DNA from: Octopus vulgaris
Lineage: Eukaryota
Length of the DNA stretch: 64,000 nt
NCBI GenBank assembly: GCA_951406725.2
Contig: OX597836.1
Location: 1,550,001 to 1,614,000 of the forward strand
Reading direction: 5' to 3'
Shown: piece after piece, positions 29,291 through 44,629 of the stretch
How positions within the stretch are numbered: position 1 is the first letter of the stretch
How the letters are laid out: each line of letters begins with the position of its first letter
Notes under the pieces: generated by a model
Database searches by the model: none
The model's input: only the letters and a program-made list of their open reading frames with translations
What the model was told of the DNA's origin: nothing
Position numbers and translations under genes: made by a program

Positions 29291-29475
29291 AAGTTTCTAG
29301 ATTTGCAACAGATATATCGCTTTGGTCAACGTATAACAAAATAGGTTTCACAAGTGTGCCTCTTAAAATTGAAACAGTGATCACTGTCTGACGGATCTGA
29401 CTCTTTCTAAAAATTCTCTGTGACTTTAATTGCGATACTATTTTCTCCGAGAAATTTTCTGAAGTTTATTATTTA

Positions 29476-29637
29476 GGCACAGTCGCGTGGATGAGAAGGC
29501 TGATTACGAACCGCGTGGTTTTAGGTACGATTTCACTTTGCAGCACCTATGGCAAATGTTTTCCTCTACTGTCTCAAACTGACCAATGCTTTATTAGCAA
29601 ATATAAGGGCCGGAAACTGTGTGTATATATATGTATG

Positions 29638-29695
<58 letters not shown>

Positions 29696-29960
29696 CATAT
29701 GTATGTATGTATGTATGTATATATATATATTTATTTATGTGTATGTGTATGTGTATGTGTCTTTGTGTCCGTATTTGTCCCACAACATCACTTGACAACC
29801 GATGTTGGTGTGTTTATGCCCCCGAAACTTAGCGGTTCGGCAAAAGTGACCTGTAGAATAAGTACTCGGCGTACAAAGTATAAGGCCGAGGGTCGATTTG
29901 TTCGAATTAGTCAGTACTCCAGCATGGCGACAGTCAAATGACTGGAACGTGTAAAAAGAG
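29476..29960 (+). mobile_element. SINE family C, near full length, with expanded internal microsatellite
   Basis: Degenerate tRNA-like head, ggaaactg, internal TA/TATG array, then cttgacaaccgatgttggtgtgtttatg...cttagcggttcggcaaaag...ctccagcatggcgacagtcaaatgactg tail. Confidence 0.85.
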
Positions 29961-30027
29961 TATATATAAAAAGAGGATGTATTATGTATGTATGTATCTG
30001 TGGATATCATTAACCTCATATATTTAA

Positions 30028-30309
30028 CCTATGTGCTTGGTGTATTTGGGAGCGGACTATAATTGGCGCGGTGGGGTTCGAAGCGTCACATGTTAAAACA
30101 CCTTAGGGCCATGGTGAGGCGAGTTAACTCACCTTCATTCCTGTCTAGGAGTGATGGACATCGATGTTTCGCCATTTTTGTCGGGTACGTGAGGTTGAGA
30201 AGCTACATGGGACTGAATGTCAGTTATTTCATCTCTCCATGACGCTTTGACAAAGTATATACTCCAATGCACCAAGTCAGTCCACGACCAAATACACGAA
30301 GCACACGTG
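30028..30309. mobile_element. piggyBac-like MITE
   Basis: TTAA at both ends (30024-27, 30310-13); imperfect TIRs cctatgtgcttggtgtatttgg / ccaaatacacgaagcacacgtg. Confidence 0.65.
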
Positions 30310-30459
30310 TTAAGAATATGTATTTAATATTATTATACTAGAACTAATACTGTTTTATACATGTGTGTATGTGCGTGTGTATATGCATACATATATATAA
30401 ATATATATTTTTATATAGACATACACACACACTCACGCACCAACACACATATATATTTC

Positions 30460-30753
<294 letters not shown>

Positions 30754-32149
30754 TGTATGTATATGTGTATGTCAGTTTGTGTGCTTGTGCGTTTTGCTAT
30801 AATATATTGGTGACATATGTAAATATCTGTTTTATACCGAGTTAAAGACACTCCCTTTTCATTTTCACCGACAGAACTGCTGTGAACCAGTAATTTGTTC
30901 ATGGGGGACTCCTAACCAACGACGCCATCTTTCCTATTCTCCATTATGTAATATTTAAACATGCAGATGATTGGCACTTTCATCTTCTCTGCCAAATATC
31001 CAATGCACGCTCCTTATTTACGATTTCTTTTTTATGAATCGATATTTGCTTTAACCATTTTAGTTCTTATTCCTTCATCTTGCGTAACAAAGATAAGAGT
31101 TTTTTCTTCTTCTGTCGTTTAATACATCATCTTTCAACGAAATCCCTTTGTTACTCTGAAGTTCTCTATTCGCTTTTTTTTATTCTGACAAACTACTCTC
31201 CATACAATACACATAGAGATCTTAATTTAATTTTATTTTTGTTTTTCTTCATCTTTTTCCCAACGTCAGCCATATTTGATTCCTCAGCCCGTATATTTTT
31301 GTGTATAGAAATTTTCGAAAAAAAACGTTGCTAAATTCACATATTTTTCACATCATTAATATTCACTTCCACCATCCTTTGCTATTGGTGCTGTCATCAC
31401 TATCATCGTTATTTTTTGTTGTTGTTTTTGTTCTTGTTGCCGCTTTTGTGGTTGTCATAGTTGTTGGTCATAAGTATCACTGCAGCCGTGATCAACACCA
31501 CTGACCAACATTGCAAAAATGACCGTGACCAACCCCACAAAAATAATGTTACAGGTTTTACATTATCGGAAATATTTCTTATTGCAAATAGTATTGGCGA
31601 GTGCTTCCCGTAAAATATGACTGCTATTTCTGGTATTTAGTCCGACCCCTTCAAATTTCCCCTCCTGGACGTGTTGATATTTTGTTTTTATATGTACATA
31701 AACAGCAACATCTGAGGATATTCATGCACGTGTGTTAATGTGTGTGCGTGTGTGTGTGCATGTGTGTGTGCGTGTGTGTGTGTATGAACGTGTGTATTTT
31801 ATGATTTTTAGGTGAAATACGCACCAGAGTTACTTTTCTTGACGAAGAAATTTCAGAAGATTTCAGATGCATTGCGAACTCTTCTGTATCTCTCGCAATA
31901 TCGGGAACGATCCCGAATAATTAGCACGTTTCTTAGTGTCACAAGCTTTTAGCTCCTTGTATTGTACTCCTCGCCTGTATGGGGCAGCGAGATTTGTTCT
32001 AGTTTTTGCCTGCAGAAGGGTTCCTTGTGCTGTTCCTTGTAAACCATATCCTCTTCAAGTACGTTTGTTGCAAAGTGTGACACTAATTGTTCGTTTGATA
32101 TCTAACGTGCAGGGAAATCCTTCTGATTTCATTGCACACTGGATGTCAA

Positions 32150-32570
32150 ACAAACAGTTGCGGTCCTCACTTGTCTGTGTTCCAGACCAATTTTCTGTAC
32201 GAAAGAGCTCATCATTCTAGATGAAAATCTGCGGCAGCCGGCTACAATAGTGAATGATACTGCGTGCCATCCATTGACTGGTGTCACCTCGACCAAATCC
32301 TGATATTTGGTTTTCTTTTGCGGTTGAGAAATGTCATGTCTGTCCTCCTAGAACGCCGTAATTTCAACCACGCTTATTGTTTGTGGACTCCCGAAGATCA
32401 ACAACATATCCAGTCCGACGGATTCTTTATTCTTTCATTCTTTTGGTGGTTTCCATCCTGGAACATATCTACTTCTTCTGAGAAGATAAATTCTTCATTC
32501 ATGTTTCGTTGCATCTCCCAATCTGAGACCCTTTCTGATTTCACTGCAGACTGGATGCCAGGCAAAGAAT
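32150..32570 (-). pseudogene. Fossil HERO/R2-type retrotransposon RLE domain
   Basis: Minus strand: SDWEMQRNMNEEFIFSEEV...GLDMLLIFGSPQTISVVEITAF*EDRHDISQPQKKTKYQDLVEVTPVNGWHAVSFTIVAGCRRF, matching the pattern DW..L.FP...RPD...IELTVPWE...KK.KY..L....GW.....EVGCRGF. Confidence 0.7.
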
Positions 32571-32702
32571 TACTGCCGCACTTTGCAAGAAAACTAGAAA
32601 ATAATTATACCCCAAAATTCAGAAAAGAATGCCTAATTGCTGATTTATCAATTTTATTTGTAAATGCAAAAAGGAAAACAATAACGAAAAGATGTGTTTA
32701 TG

Positions 32703-33074
32703 TGAAGGCGCAATGGCTCAGTGGTTAGGGCAGCGGATTGGCGGTCGTAGGATCGCGATTCCCAGACCAGGCGTTGTAAATATTTATTGAGAGAAAACAT
32801 CAAAAACTCCACGAGGCTCCGGCAGCGGGGTTGTGGCGAACCCTGCTGTACTCTTTCACCACGACTTTCTCTTACCCTTTCGTCCTGTTTCTGTTGTACC
32901 TGTATTTCAAAGGGGCCAGCCTTGTCACACTCTGTGTCACGCTGAATCTCCCCGAGAACTACGTTAATGTCTGTGGTATGCTCAACCATTTGTACGTTAA
33001 TTTCACGAGCAAGTTGTTCCGTTGATCGGATCATCTGGAACGCACGTCGTCGCAACCGACCGACGGAGTGCCAC

Positions 33075-33075
<1 letters not shown>
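32703..33075 (+). mobile_element. tRNA-derived SINE family A2
   Basis: A box TGGCTCAGTGG with a damaged B box; 3' ~180 bp shared with 38436-38764; central segment differs. Confidence 0.85.
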
Positions 33076-33114
<39 letters not shown>

Positions 33115-33611
33115 TCCAATTTATAGCTTTTCGAATAAATGAGAAAGTAGGTGCCAGAGAGAAAAATGGACGTCATACAAGAGAAAAGATTTTTGTAGAT
33201 TTAAAAAATTTTTATAAATAGTGTAGAATCGTACAAGGTTTGCAATATATCACTATTTTCTCAAAGGAATCTTTCAGAAAATTCCGATCTTTTACAACAA
33301 TTGTACAAATGTATGATATTTATTAATATGCGTGTGTAACTATGTATATACGCGCGCCCACACACACACATATATATGTGTATATATAAATATATATATA
33401 TGTATGTAGATATATAGACATGCGTATATATGTGTGTGTGTGTGTATATATATATGTATATACATATACATACATACTTATATAATACATAAATATGTGT
33501 GTATATATATTTGCCTGGATATATATATATATATATATATACACATACATATACATATATATATGTATATATATATATATATATATACATACATATACAC
33601 ATATATATTTT

Positions 33612-33643
<32 letters not shown>

Positions 33644-33672
33644 CGTATATATATATATGTACATATATATGC

Positions 33673-33711
<39 letters not shown>

Positions 33712-34237
33712 TGTATTTGTCTGTACGCGTGTTTTTATATATCTTTATATAAGAAAGACACAATCACGCTACATTTTGACATTTCAATATTTCACAAGAG
33801 TGAGGGGAAAAAGTTAAAAATACAATATTAATAAAAGAGTTTTCCTACCCTATCTAAATAAAGATGACAATCAAGACAACGATGTACTTTTTTTCCGTGT
33901 TTCAATAGAACACGGCGAAAGCATTTGAAATCAGAATAATCTTATAAAATTGTATAAAAAAATATTTGAATTGTGATCATTCTTGACAGAATAAATTGAT
34001 AAACGTTTTGTGATAATCAAAAAAAGAAATATATTTGACAAAATGGAAAATTCTAGAGATGAAATTATCGAAATAAATAGAAGCAAGAAAAGAAAAGACT
34101 CGAAGCTCATCAGTGAAAGCACCACTTTTCATGCAGCTTTTTCAAAATGTCATAAAGTGATGACATTTTAAACAATCACCGATCCACCATAATTCAAGTT
34201 GAGGCTAATCAGAAAATATGCAACACAGCTTTGTTTC

Positions 34238-34272
34238 TTTCTTGACGATGGATTACTGTGCGAAACGTCGAG
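34238..34272 (+). ncRNA. Degenerate minimal hammerhead-like motif
   Basis: ttc-TTGACGA-tggattactgtgc-GAAACGTC-gag: palindromic ACGT stem III, GUC triplet, C3 changed to T. Confidence 0.45.
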
Positions 34273-34981
34273 CACCTTTTACCGTATATTTCGTCTTTGT
34301 AGTAACACAGGATTAAATAAGCACATATTTTATACACATTTGTTTTACGCATTATTTCTCTCTTCCGTTTTGTTATATACATCTTAGTGTTGTATTTTTC
34401 ATGTGGCTGTTGCTGTTAATTAGGCCAACCTCATCGCTAATAGATTATTCATTTGACGGAAAGACATTTTTAGCAGATTGTACGAAGACATTGAGGCTTC
34501 ATTTTTGTACGAAAAGTGTGGTTGTTTTGTGTTAGGTGAACACTTACACATTAGACACGTTCTAACAGCGTTCTAACCATGACAATTCCATCGTTTCATA
34601 TTTTTATACAAATACTGTATCAAGTATGTCATACAATTTTGAATCCTGTCGCTGCGGTATGAATTGGGAAAAATTTGGCTGCTATTTTTAGCATATTCCA
34701 TCTTGTTCTCGTGCGTTTGTTGCGAGCGTTTGTAGGACTGCGCTTAAGCGTATGCTGTTGCTGCACGTGCCTGGGTGTGTTTGCATGTATGCATTTGAGC
34801 GCATGCATGAGTGTGTGTGTGTGTGTGTATGTTTGAGTGTGTGTCTGTGTCTCATCTGCTTGTTTCTGCCACACCACGTTCGGTCTACTTAATTCTCATC
34901 TGATTAATACAACTGGGAATAGGGTAGCGGCTTTGTTTGTCTAACTGCTATTCAAAGGCCCAGCACAGAAGTACCAGCTCC

Positions 34982-35028
<47 letters not shown>

Positions 35029-35207
35029 CAGTAGTAGTAGCAGTAGTAGTAGATGCAAATCCATATGTTCAACTATGATATATTAATATGCGTCCATCTC
35101 TCTGGGGACTTGGTTTCATAAATGTATTCTTACTACAATAATAGCGAAGAAACACCCGGAGAGATAACTTGCAATAATATTTGTAAGAGCAGCGCCATTG
35201 TTTCTAA

Positions 35208-35240
<33 letters not shown>

Positions 35241-35245
35241 CATCA

Positions 35246-35432
35246 TGGAAGGCAGCGAGCCTTCTTTACATTCGTCTTTACATTCTCATTTCAAATTCTG
35301 CCAAGGTCGGCTTTGCCTTTCATCTTTTCGCGGTTGATAAAATAAATAGCAGTTTAACACTGAGGTTGATGTAATTAACTTCTCCCTCACCTGAAATTGC
35401 TGGCCTTGTGCAACAATTTGAAGCCATTATTA
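35246..35432 (+). mobile_element. SINE family B, degenerate
   Basis: ttcaaattctgccaaggtcggctttgcctttcatcttttcgcggttgataaaataa...ggccttgtgc. Confidence 0.75.
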
Positions 35433-37214
35433 TTCTTGTTCTTTTCTTATTTCCTTTTTTCCGATGTGTAAATGAAAGGAATAGTCTCGGATGATCACAA
35501 TTTAACTTACAAATTAACAAATACACCATTACCAGCTACATTAGGGAATCCTTTATTAAAAAAAAACATTAAAAGATAATTCATATTGGTTAACTCCGGA
35601 CAGAGGAGGAACTGCGAATGAAGAGACAGACTTTAATGGTCATCCACTTTCCAACAGGCAAAAATGAAGAGCGAGCTCAGAAGAACATTGTAATAAGCGT
35701 CACCCAAGAAGAGTCGTGTTTCTGCCGCGTTGTTTGTGCTTCGTGGTTGTCTCAATCAGGAACAAAAACCAGACAGAAATGCTGAATGACCTGAAAAGAA
35801 AGGAGAAAGAATGAATCACAGTTTAGAAGAGACAGGAAAGATTATATCTTACGCACAATAGTTAATGTACGTATCATTATACGATCGTTATTAGGCGCAT
35901 ATATTGAGGCCGTACTTAAGTACTTTAAAGTGGAGCCTCGTGCTGTGCAAACAGTGGAACAATCACAAGTGTGTTTATCATTTTAATTACTGTTTGCGTT
36001 TTGCTTTTATTGTTTTAATAAACATTAATTGAGAGGGACTAATTTGCAGTGCTGTTTTAAGAAATGTTTTGTTCTGTTTCGTTTTGTAAATGTGGTTAGA
36101 CTCAGTGTATTTATCCGCAAACAGAGAGAAAGTAGTTTCAAATAGCGATTAACCACATGTAGTTTTGCAAATGATGACTATCTCCTACTCGTATGCATTT
36201 ATATGATTCTAATTATGTTAGATTTTCAAAGTTTGTGTTAGTCTCATTGTTCTAAGTACGCAATATCTTTCTGCAAAAAGATTGATGATATTTTCATATC
36301 TCAAGCCCGAAATATTTACCCATGATAACTGTGTGATGCACTTTCAAGGACAAGCATAACAGCGCTTGGCATAATTACAATGTCAAACAACATCAAAAGC
36401 GTAGATAACGATCAAGTCTTTCAAGAGCAGTCAGCAACTTTTAGCGGCAAAAGTACATTGTTATTACTAAACAGCTTTTAGAAAACGAATTCCTAGAAGC
36501 GTTTATTTATATCGTTATCTGTCAGGATTTTTATTAATATATTATATTTTAGTTTAGTCGTTTCATTTTAAAAATTCTTTCAAATCGCATAAATTCCGGA
36601 AAATATTTTACACAAGTGGATATTTGTTAACATATTTATCAATACACATACCTAAATTCGCGTGTAATGTGCACATATCTCTCCCCCATCGACACTCTGT
36701 CGCTCCGCTTTAGCTCTGCTTTATACACGCACTTCCGTGAATCATATTCAATGTGTGGTGACAGATAACATAAACATGTACGAAGAGCACCAAAAAGGGG
36801 AATTCATCGCAGTTTTATATATAAAGCTTGTATATCAGAGAGTTTCGTTAAACGCTTTCTGAGATGATGCTATTTACTGATGCAGTTGGGTTTTTTTTTT
36901 AACGTGACTGCATATCTAAGGAAAAAAAAAAAGACAAACGCGAAGCATCGGTTTGCTCATCAGTGAAACATTAAAAAAACAAAAACAGAAATGTTAATAC
37001 TCTTGACAACCACAACAGCACATTCTGCATTCTACAACTCACGAATTCAGAGCTGGTGAGTCATCTACCTTGCAGTGAAGAACCCGACAGTGGCCCCTCT
37101 TCCAGTTTAAGGTCAACTTGCGATTGGTAACAGCAAAAACCGCATCATTTACGGGAGGTGATGAGAAAAAGACAGAGACATCGATTCCACTGGTTAAGGT
37201 TTTATTAAATATTC

Positions 37215-37565
37215 TGTTTCATTTGTTTCAGCTATTAGACAGCGGCCATGCTGGGGCACCACATTTGAGGATTTTCTTGTCGAATGAATCGACCCCAGTA
37301 CATTTTAAAAGTTTGGTAAGTATTCTATCAATCTCATTTGTCGAGCCACTAACTTGCGGGAATATAAACAAACCAACGTCGGTTGACAAACGGTTGTAGG
37401 ATAGAAACACAGATGCAAAGACACACACACACACGCGCGCACATACAGACACGCACACATATACGACGGGCTTCTTTCAGTTTCCGTCTTCTCATGAGGG
37501 TCTGGTCGGCCCGTGTCTATAGTAGAAGACATTAGCTGAAGGTGTCACGCTGTGGCAGTGAAAAC
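37215..37565 (-). mobile_element. SINE family C
   Basis: gcggccatgctggggcacc...tcgaccccagtac...accaacgtcggttgacaa...tacgacgggcttctttcagtttccgtc...ggtcggcccg. Confidence 0.85.
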
Positions 37566-37605
37566 CTGAACTGCTGCTGCTGCTGCTACTACTACTACTA
37601 CTGCA

Positions 37606-37656
<51 letters not shown>

Positions 37657-38435
37657 GATAATAATAATAATAATAATTTAACAACAACAATATGAACAAC
37701 AGCAGCATCATCATTATCATCATCAGTAACAACAATATAGATGGAATAGTTTCAAACATTAGCCCGAGGCCAGAAACAGTTAATCATATCATCCTAGTAT
37801 TTGAATGAAATTCGATTTCATCGATTTGGTCTGGAGTAAAATCAAGGTTGACATGAATAGGTCTGGATTGCCATTGCTACCCTTACGTTTATCTACCCTT
37901 TGCATTTTCTATTTTTCTTTTTCTTTTATTCTGGCGGGTGTTCATAAAAAAGAAAAAAGAGCCCCAAAGCGCAGCCTCCTCACAGTTTCGGTAGAGATGT
38001 TGTTTTAACCGCTGATGCCTCAGTTTTGTTACGGTTGTACCAAACTGAGCTTCCACCCGTATCCGGTCTATTTTGTTCCCTGAGATTCTTCACTGAAATG
38101 TCGAGTTTTCTGTCAGAATGCTGGGTGTAAAAATGAAAACAATACCAATAATAATTATACCCCTATTTACGTTAAATTATAAAAACAGAGAATGCAAAAC
38201 ATGTCAGGGCCTACACAGTTACCTTTTAAATCATTAGTTCGTTAATTAGTATAAATGAATCAGTGCACCCTCTACACCCTAAATAGACCCTTAAATAATA
38301 TTATGACCCAATAGATTAACACAACCCAGACAGTATGGTATTTCAACAAGTCACTTAAATAAAATAACAGCGCGTGTACTCTTCCATCATCCGTACCCGC
38401 ATACCATACCCGAATCCGTATTATTGACAATTCCT

Positions 38436-38764
38436 TCTTAAAAGACTCCGCCGGTTACGACGACGAGGGTCCCAGCTGATACGATCAACGGAACAGCTTG
38501 CTCGTGAAATTAACGTGCAAATGGCTGAGCATTCCACAGACACGTGTACCCTTAACGTAGTTCTCGGGGATAATCAGCGTGACACAGAGAGTGACAAGGC
38601 TGACCCTTTGAAATACAAGTACAACTCATTTTTGCCAGCTGAGTGGACTGGAGCAACGTGAAATAAAGTGTCTTGCTCAAGGACACAACGCGTCGCCGGG
38701 AATCGAACTCACAACCTTACGATCATGAGCCGAATGCCCTAACCACTAAGCCACGCGCCCTCAC
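38436..38764 (-). mobile_element. tRNA-derived SINE family A1, full length, with 10-bp TSD
   Basis: Minus strand A box TGGCTTAGTGG and B box GAGTTCGATTCCC; direct repeat gacaattcct at 38426-38435 and 38765-38774. Confidence 0.92.
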
Positions 38765-39069
38765 GACAATTCCTACAAAGCAAAATTGTGCAACAAATGT
38801 TTACAGGTCAACATGTTTTTGCTTTCTAGAAGATGCCTATGTCTACAATTGTACAGAAATGGTTGTATTACTTCAGCTGAGCTTGTCACAAATAGGGCGA
38901 TTGTCATCTATTGCCATAATGCCTTTAATTTAACAGCTTGCTCTGTGTAATTCTTATGCTGTTCATTCCATCTCCTCACACTTTTGCATTATCATTTATA
39001 CTTCTAGATCGATAATTAGTATTTCATCGTTGTTTCCGTCATGGAATATGATATCCGTTGAACAACCGG

Positions 39070-39300
39070 AGAATAGAAAATTCCTGATCTTGGCTGATAA
39101 CAGGCTTAATACGCCGGCCAAACGAAAGCCACCTATTGACACTTGGCTAAACTTAGCGGCGTCCACATCGTTGCGAAGCTTTCGAGCACGAGTCGTGTTT
39201 ACACACAACGTCCTTCTTTTTCAACCATTAGTAATGGAGGTCACAAGGAAAGACATGGTGAAGGGTCGCCCTTCCTCGCCTGAATAAATGCACCGGATTA
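39070..39300 (+). pseudogene. Possible RTE-clade reverse transcriptase remnant
   Basis: Fragments SWLITGL...LLF...LVMEVTRKDMVKGRP loosely match the RTE RT stretch WL.R....SPLLF.LVM.....G.PW..LYADD; heavily decayed. Confidence 0.3.
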
Positions 39301-39375
39301 GAAGAAAATTATATTCCAACGACAACAGCAAAATCATCAGCAGTGGCAGCAGCAGCAGTGCCGGTGGTGGTGGTC

Positions 39376-41766
<2,391 letters not shown>

Positions 41767-42320
41767 GAGTGAGAGAGCAGTGCATGCCATCAAAGTGACA
41801 CTGGGGTAAAATATACGAAGCCCAATATACCCATCATGACTACCCGTCTGATAAAGGTACACCAGGCACATGCATCACAACCATATGTGCGCGACATGGT
41901 GATCTCATATCAAGATAAACAGCACATGACCTTGCAGGTGGGGCCCAGTTAGAATTTTCTTCAGGTTGAGTAGCCCATCCTGCTCAAACGGTCCCTGAAT
42001 AAGGGTTGCTTTAGGATGTTGAACGAAACACCTATGTTTCCAGAGGTGAACCATTCAAACTCCAAAGAATCCCTCTCAACACATGGCCATGATGCTCCCC
42101 CACTACTTCTGCTCGTGATCAGAGATGCACATATCGTCAGCCACTAAGGGACATGCTCAACTGGTTAAGGTCAAACAACTGACAAGCAAATCTGTGGTAT
42201 TGAGCAGAATATTTGCTGTAGCCCATCTTTTATACCAAGACAAAACAATGTACATGATAACACTTCCAATCAGTTAAGATCAGAAGCCATGAGAGCCACT
42301 GCCTGGTACTGCATCAGGGC
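41767..42320. mobile_element. 554-bp non-coding insert bounded by (TTA)n on both sides; probable TAA-targeted retroposon
   Basis: Sharp boundaries in (TTA)n, complex sequence, no long ORF, no TIRs, no obvious A/B boxes. Confidence 0.55.
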
Positions 42321-42321
42321 A

Positions 42322-42366
<45 letters not shown>

Positions 42367-42367
42367 C

Positions 42368-42426
<59 letters not shown>

Positions 42427-42427
42427 C

Positions 42428-42461
<34 letters not shown>

Positions 42462-43292
42462 GTAGTAGTATTAGTAGTAGTATTAGTAGTAGTAGTAGTA
42501 GCAGCAATAGTAGTTGTAGTAGTAGCAGATGTAGGGTTCCATTGTCGCTGAAGACATACAATTTCTATTTAAGTAAGCAAAATATTGGTGGCGAGAAAGC
42601 TGGGAACTGACATGAATTTGAGCTGAGTCGAATCTCGAGGGAGAAGGATTACACACGCGCACACACACACACACACACATTCACACACACATACACAAGC
42701 ACACACACACACACATACATACAAACACGCACACATACACACACGCATATACAAACACACACACATACACACGCACACACATACACACACACACATTCAC
42801 ACACACATACACAAGCACACACACACACATTCACACACACATACACACACGCATATACAAACACACACACACACGCACACACATACACACACACGCACAC
42901 ATTCACACACACATACACAAGCACACACACACACATACAAACACGCACACATACACGAACGCACACATACACAAACGCACACATACACAAGCACACACAC
43001 ACATACACACACGCACAAACACTCACATAGAAACTCAGAGTTACGTAAAAGGTACGGAAGCGCGCCCGCACGCGTATTCACCCTCCCACATACATAAGTA
43101 TTACCCGAATATACCCAGGTACTTACATGCAGATAAGCACCAATGTAATTTTGTATGCAAGTATGTATTATACTTATACAATTATGTATATATATATATG
43201 TATATATATGTATATATATACATATATATATATATATATGTATACATATATATATATTTGTATACATACGTATATCTATTCTAATATATCAC

Positions 43293-43341
<49 letters not shown>

Positions 43342-43449
43342 ATGTGTGTGTGTGTGTGTGTGTGTACATACATATATAGATTAAGAGAGCGAAATAGAGC
43401 GAGATTGTACGTATAAGTGTATATATGTATACCTGTATATATATCTATA

Positions 43450-43664
43450 CGAAGGAATGTTGAAAAGATACTGGGTTTAAGGGTATCCTGAAAGACCTGG
43501 CTGGAGGACCAATTTCCGAGTTGTTTCACAAAACTGCGAAGAACTAAAGGACCACTGCAACGTGTGTATGAATCTGAGAGGGGAACATGTTGAACAAAAC
43601 CATAGTTAAATGGTTCCTGTGCATTTTTTTAACACAAATCCAGGAACTTCTTCGCAGCCCATCG
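43450..43664 (+). mobile_element. Mariner-derived MITE (same family as 4885-5104)
   Basis: TA|cgaaggaatgttgaaaagatactggg...tccaggaacttcttcgcagcccatcg|TA; internal aatctgagaggggaacatgttgaa (NLRGEHVE). Confidence 0.75.
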
Positions 43665-44192
43665 TATATATATTGAAGTATTATGTGTATGAATATAGAT
43701 CTGCATACATACACACATGTACACACATAGATACACATATACACCGATGTCTATATAACCAGCAAATATGGTAGTTATAGCCACTGTGAATATGTACCAT
43801 ATTTATTAAATGAATATTTTAAACATTAAATTACATCATGTCTTGCTTCGAAACGAGATAGAGATAGCAGAAAAAAATGCCGGCGAAAAATCTCATAATT
43901 GAATATACAAAGTATACAACAGAAAAATTGAAGTGTTTTTTTTTTCCCTCGCATTTTAATGAAAGAAAAACATATCGTCAGGGGGCGGGGGGAGAGACGT
44001 AGGAAAATGGGTGATGAAACCAAATAAGGAAATACGTTCACATAGACACGCTTGTGTATACATGGGCACGGTTTATACAGACTGAAGAAATATATACACA
44101 AATATCAACGCACATACACACGTACACATACCTAAACCTATAATATATATAAATTCACGTATGTGTGTGTATGGGTTTGTGTATATATATAC

Positions 44193-44226
<34 letters not shown>

Positions 44227-44258
44227 CTGTCTGCTTGTCTGTCCGCCTATTTATGCTC

Positions 44259-44305
<47 letters not shown>

Positions 44306-44528
44306 TTTATATATTCATATATACATACACACACACATATATATATATATATAGATGTACAGATATATATATATATGTGTGTATAGATGTAGAGATATAT
44401 GTATATATAGATATACGTACATATATATATATATATATCTATGTACATGTATATATATATTTGTATATATATATATATATATTAGATATTATACATATAT
44501 GTGTGCGTGTGCGCATGTGTATCTATTC

Positions 44529-44629
<101 letters not shown>

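Noticed and set aside
38690-38764. tRNA gene
   Set aside because: tRNA-like head continues into a SINE body with TSDs; the same applies to the other A/B-box heads
42120-42145. CTGACGA on the minus strand of the 554-bp element as a hammerhead
   Set aside because: No properly placed GAAA, stem III or stem I
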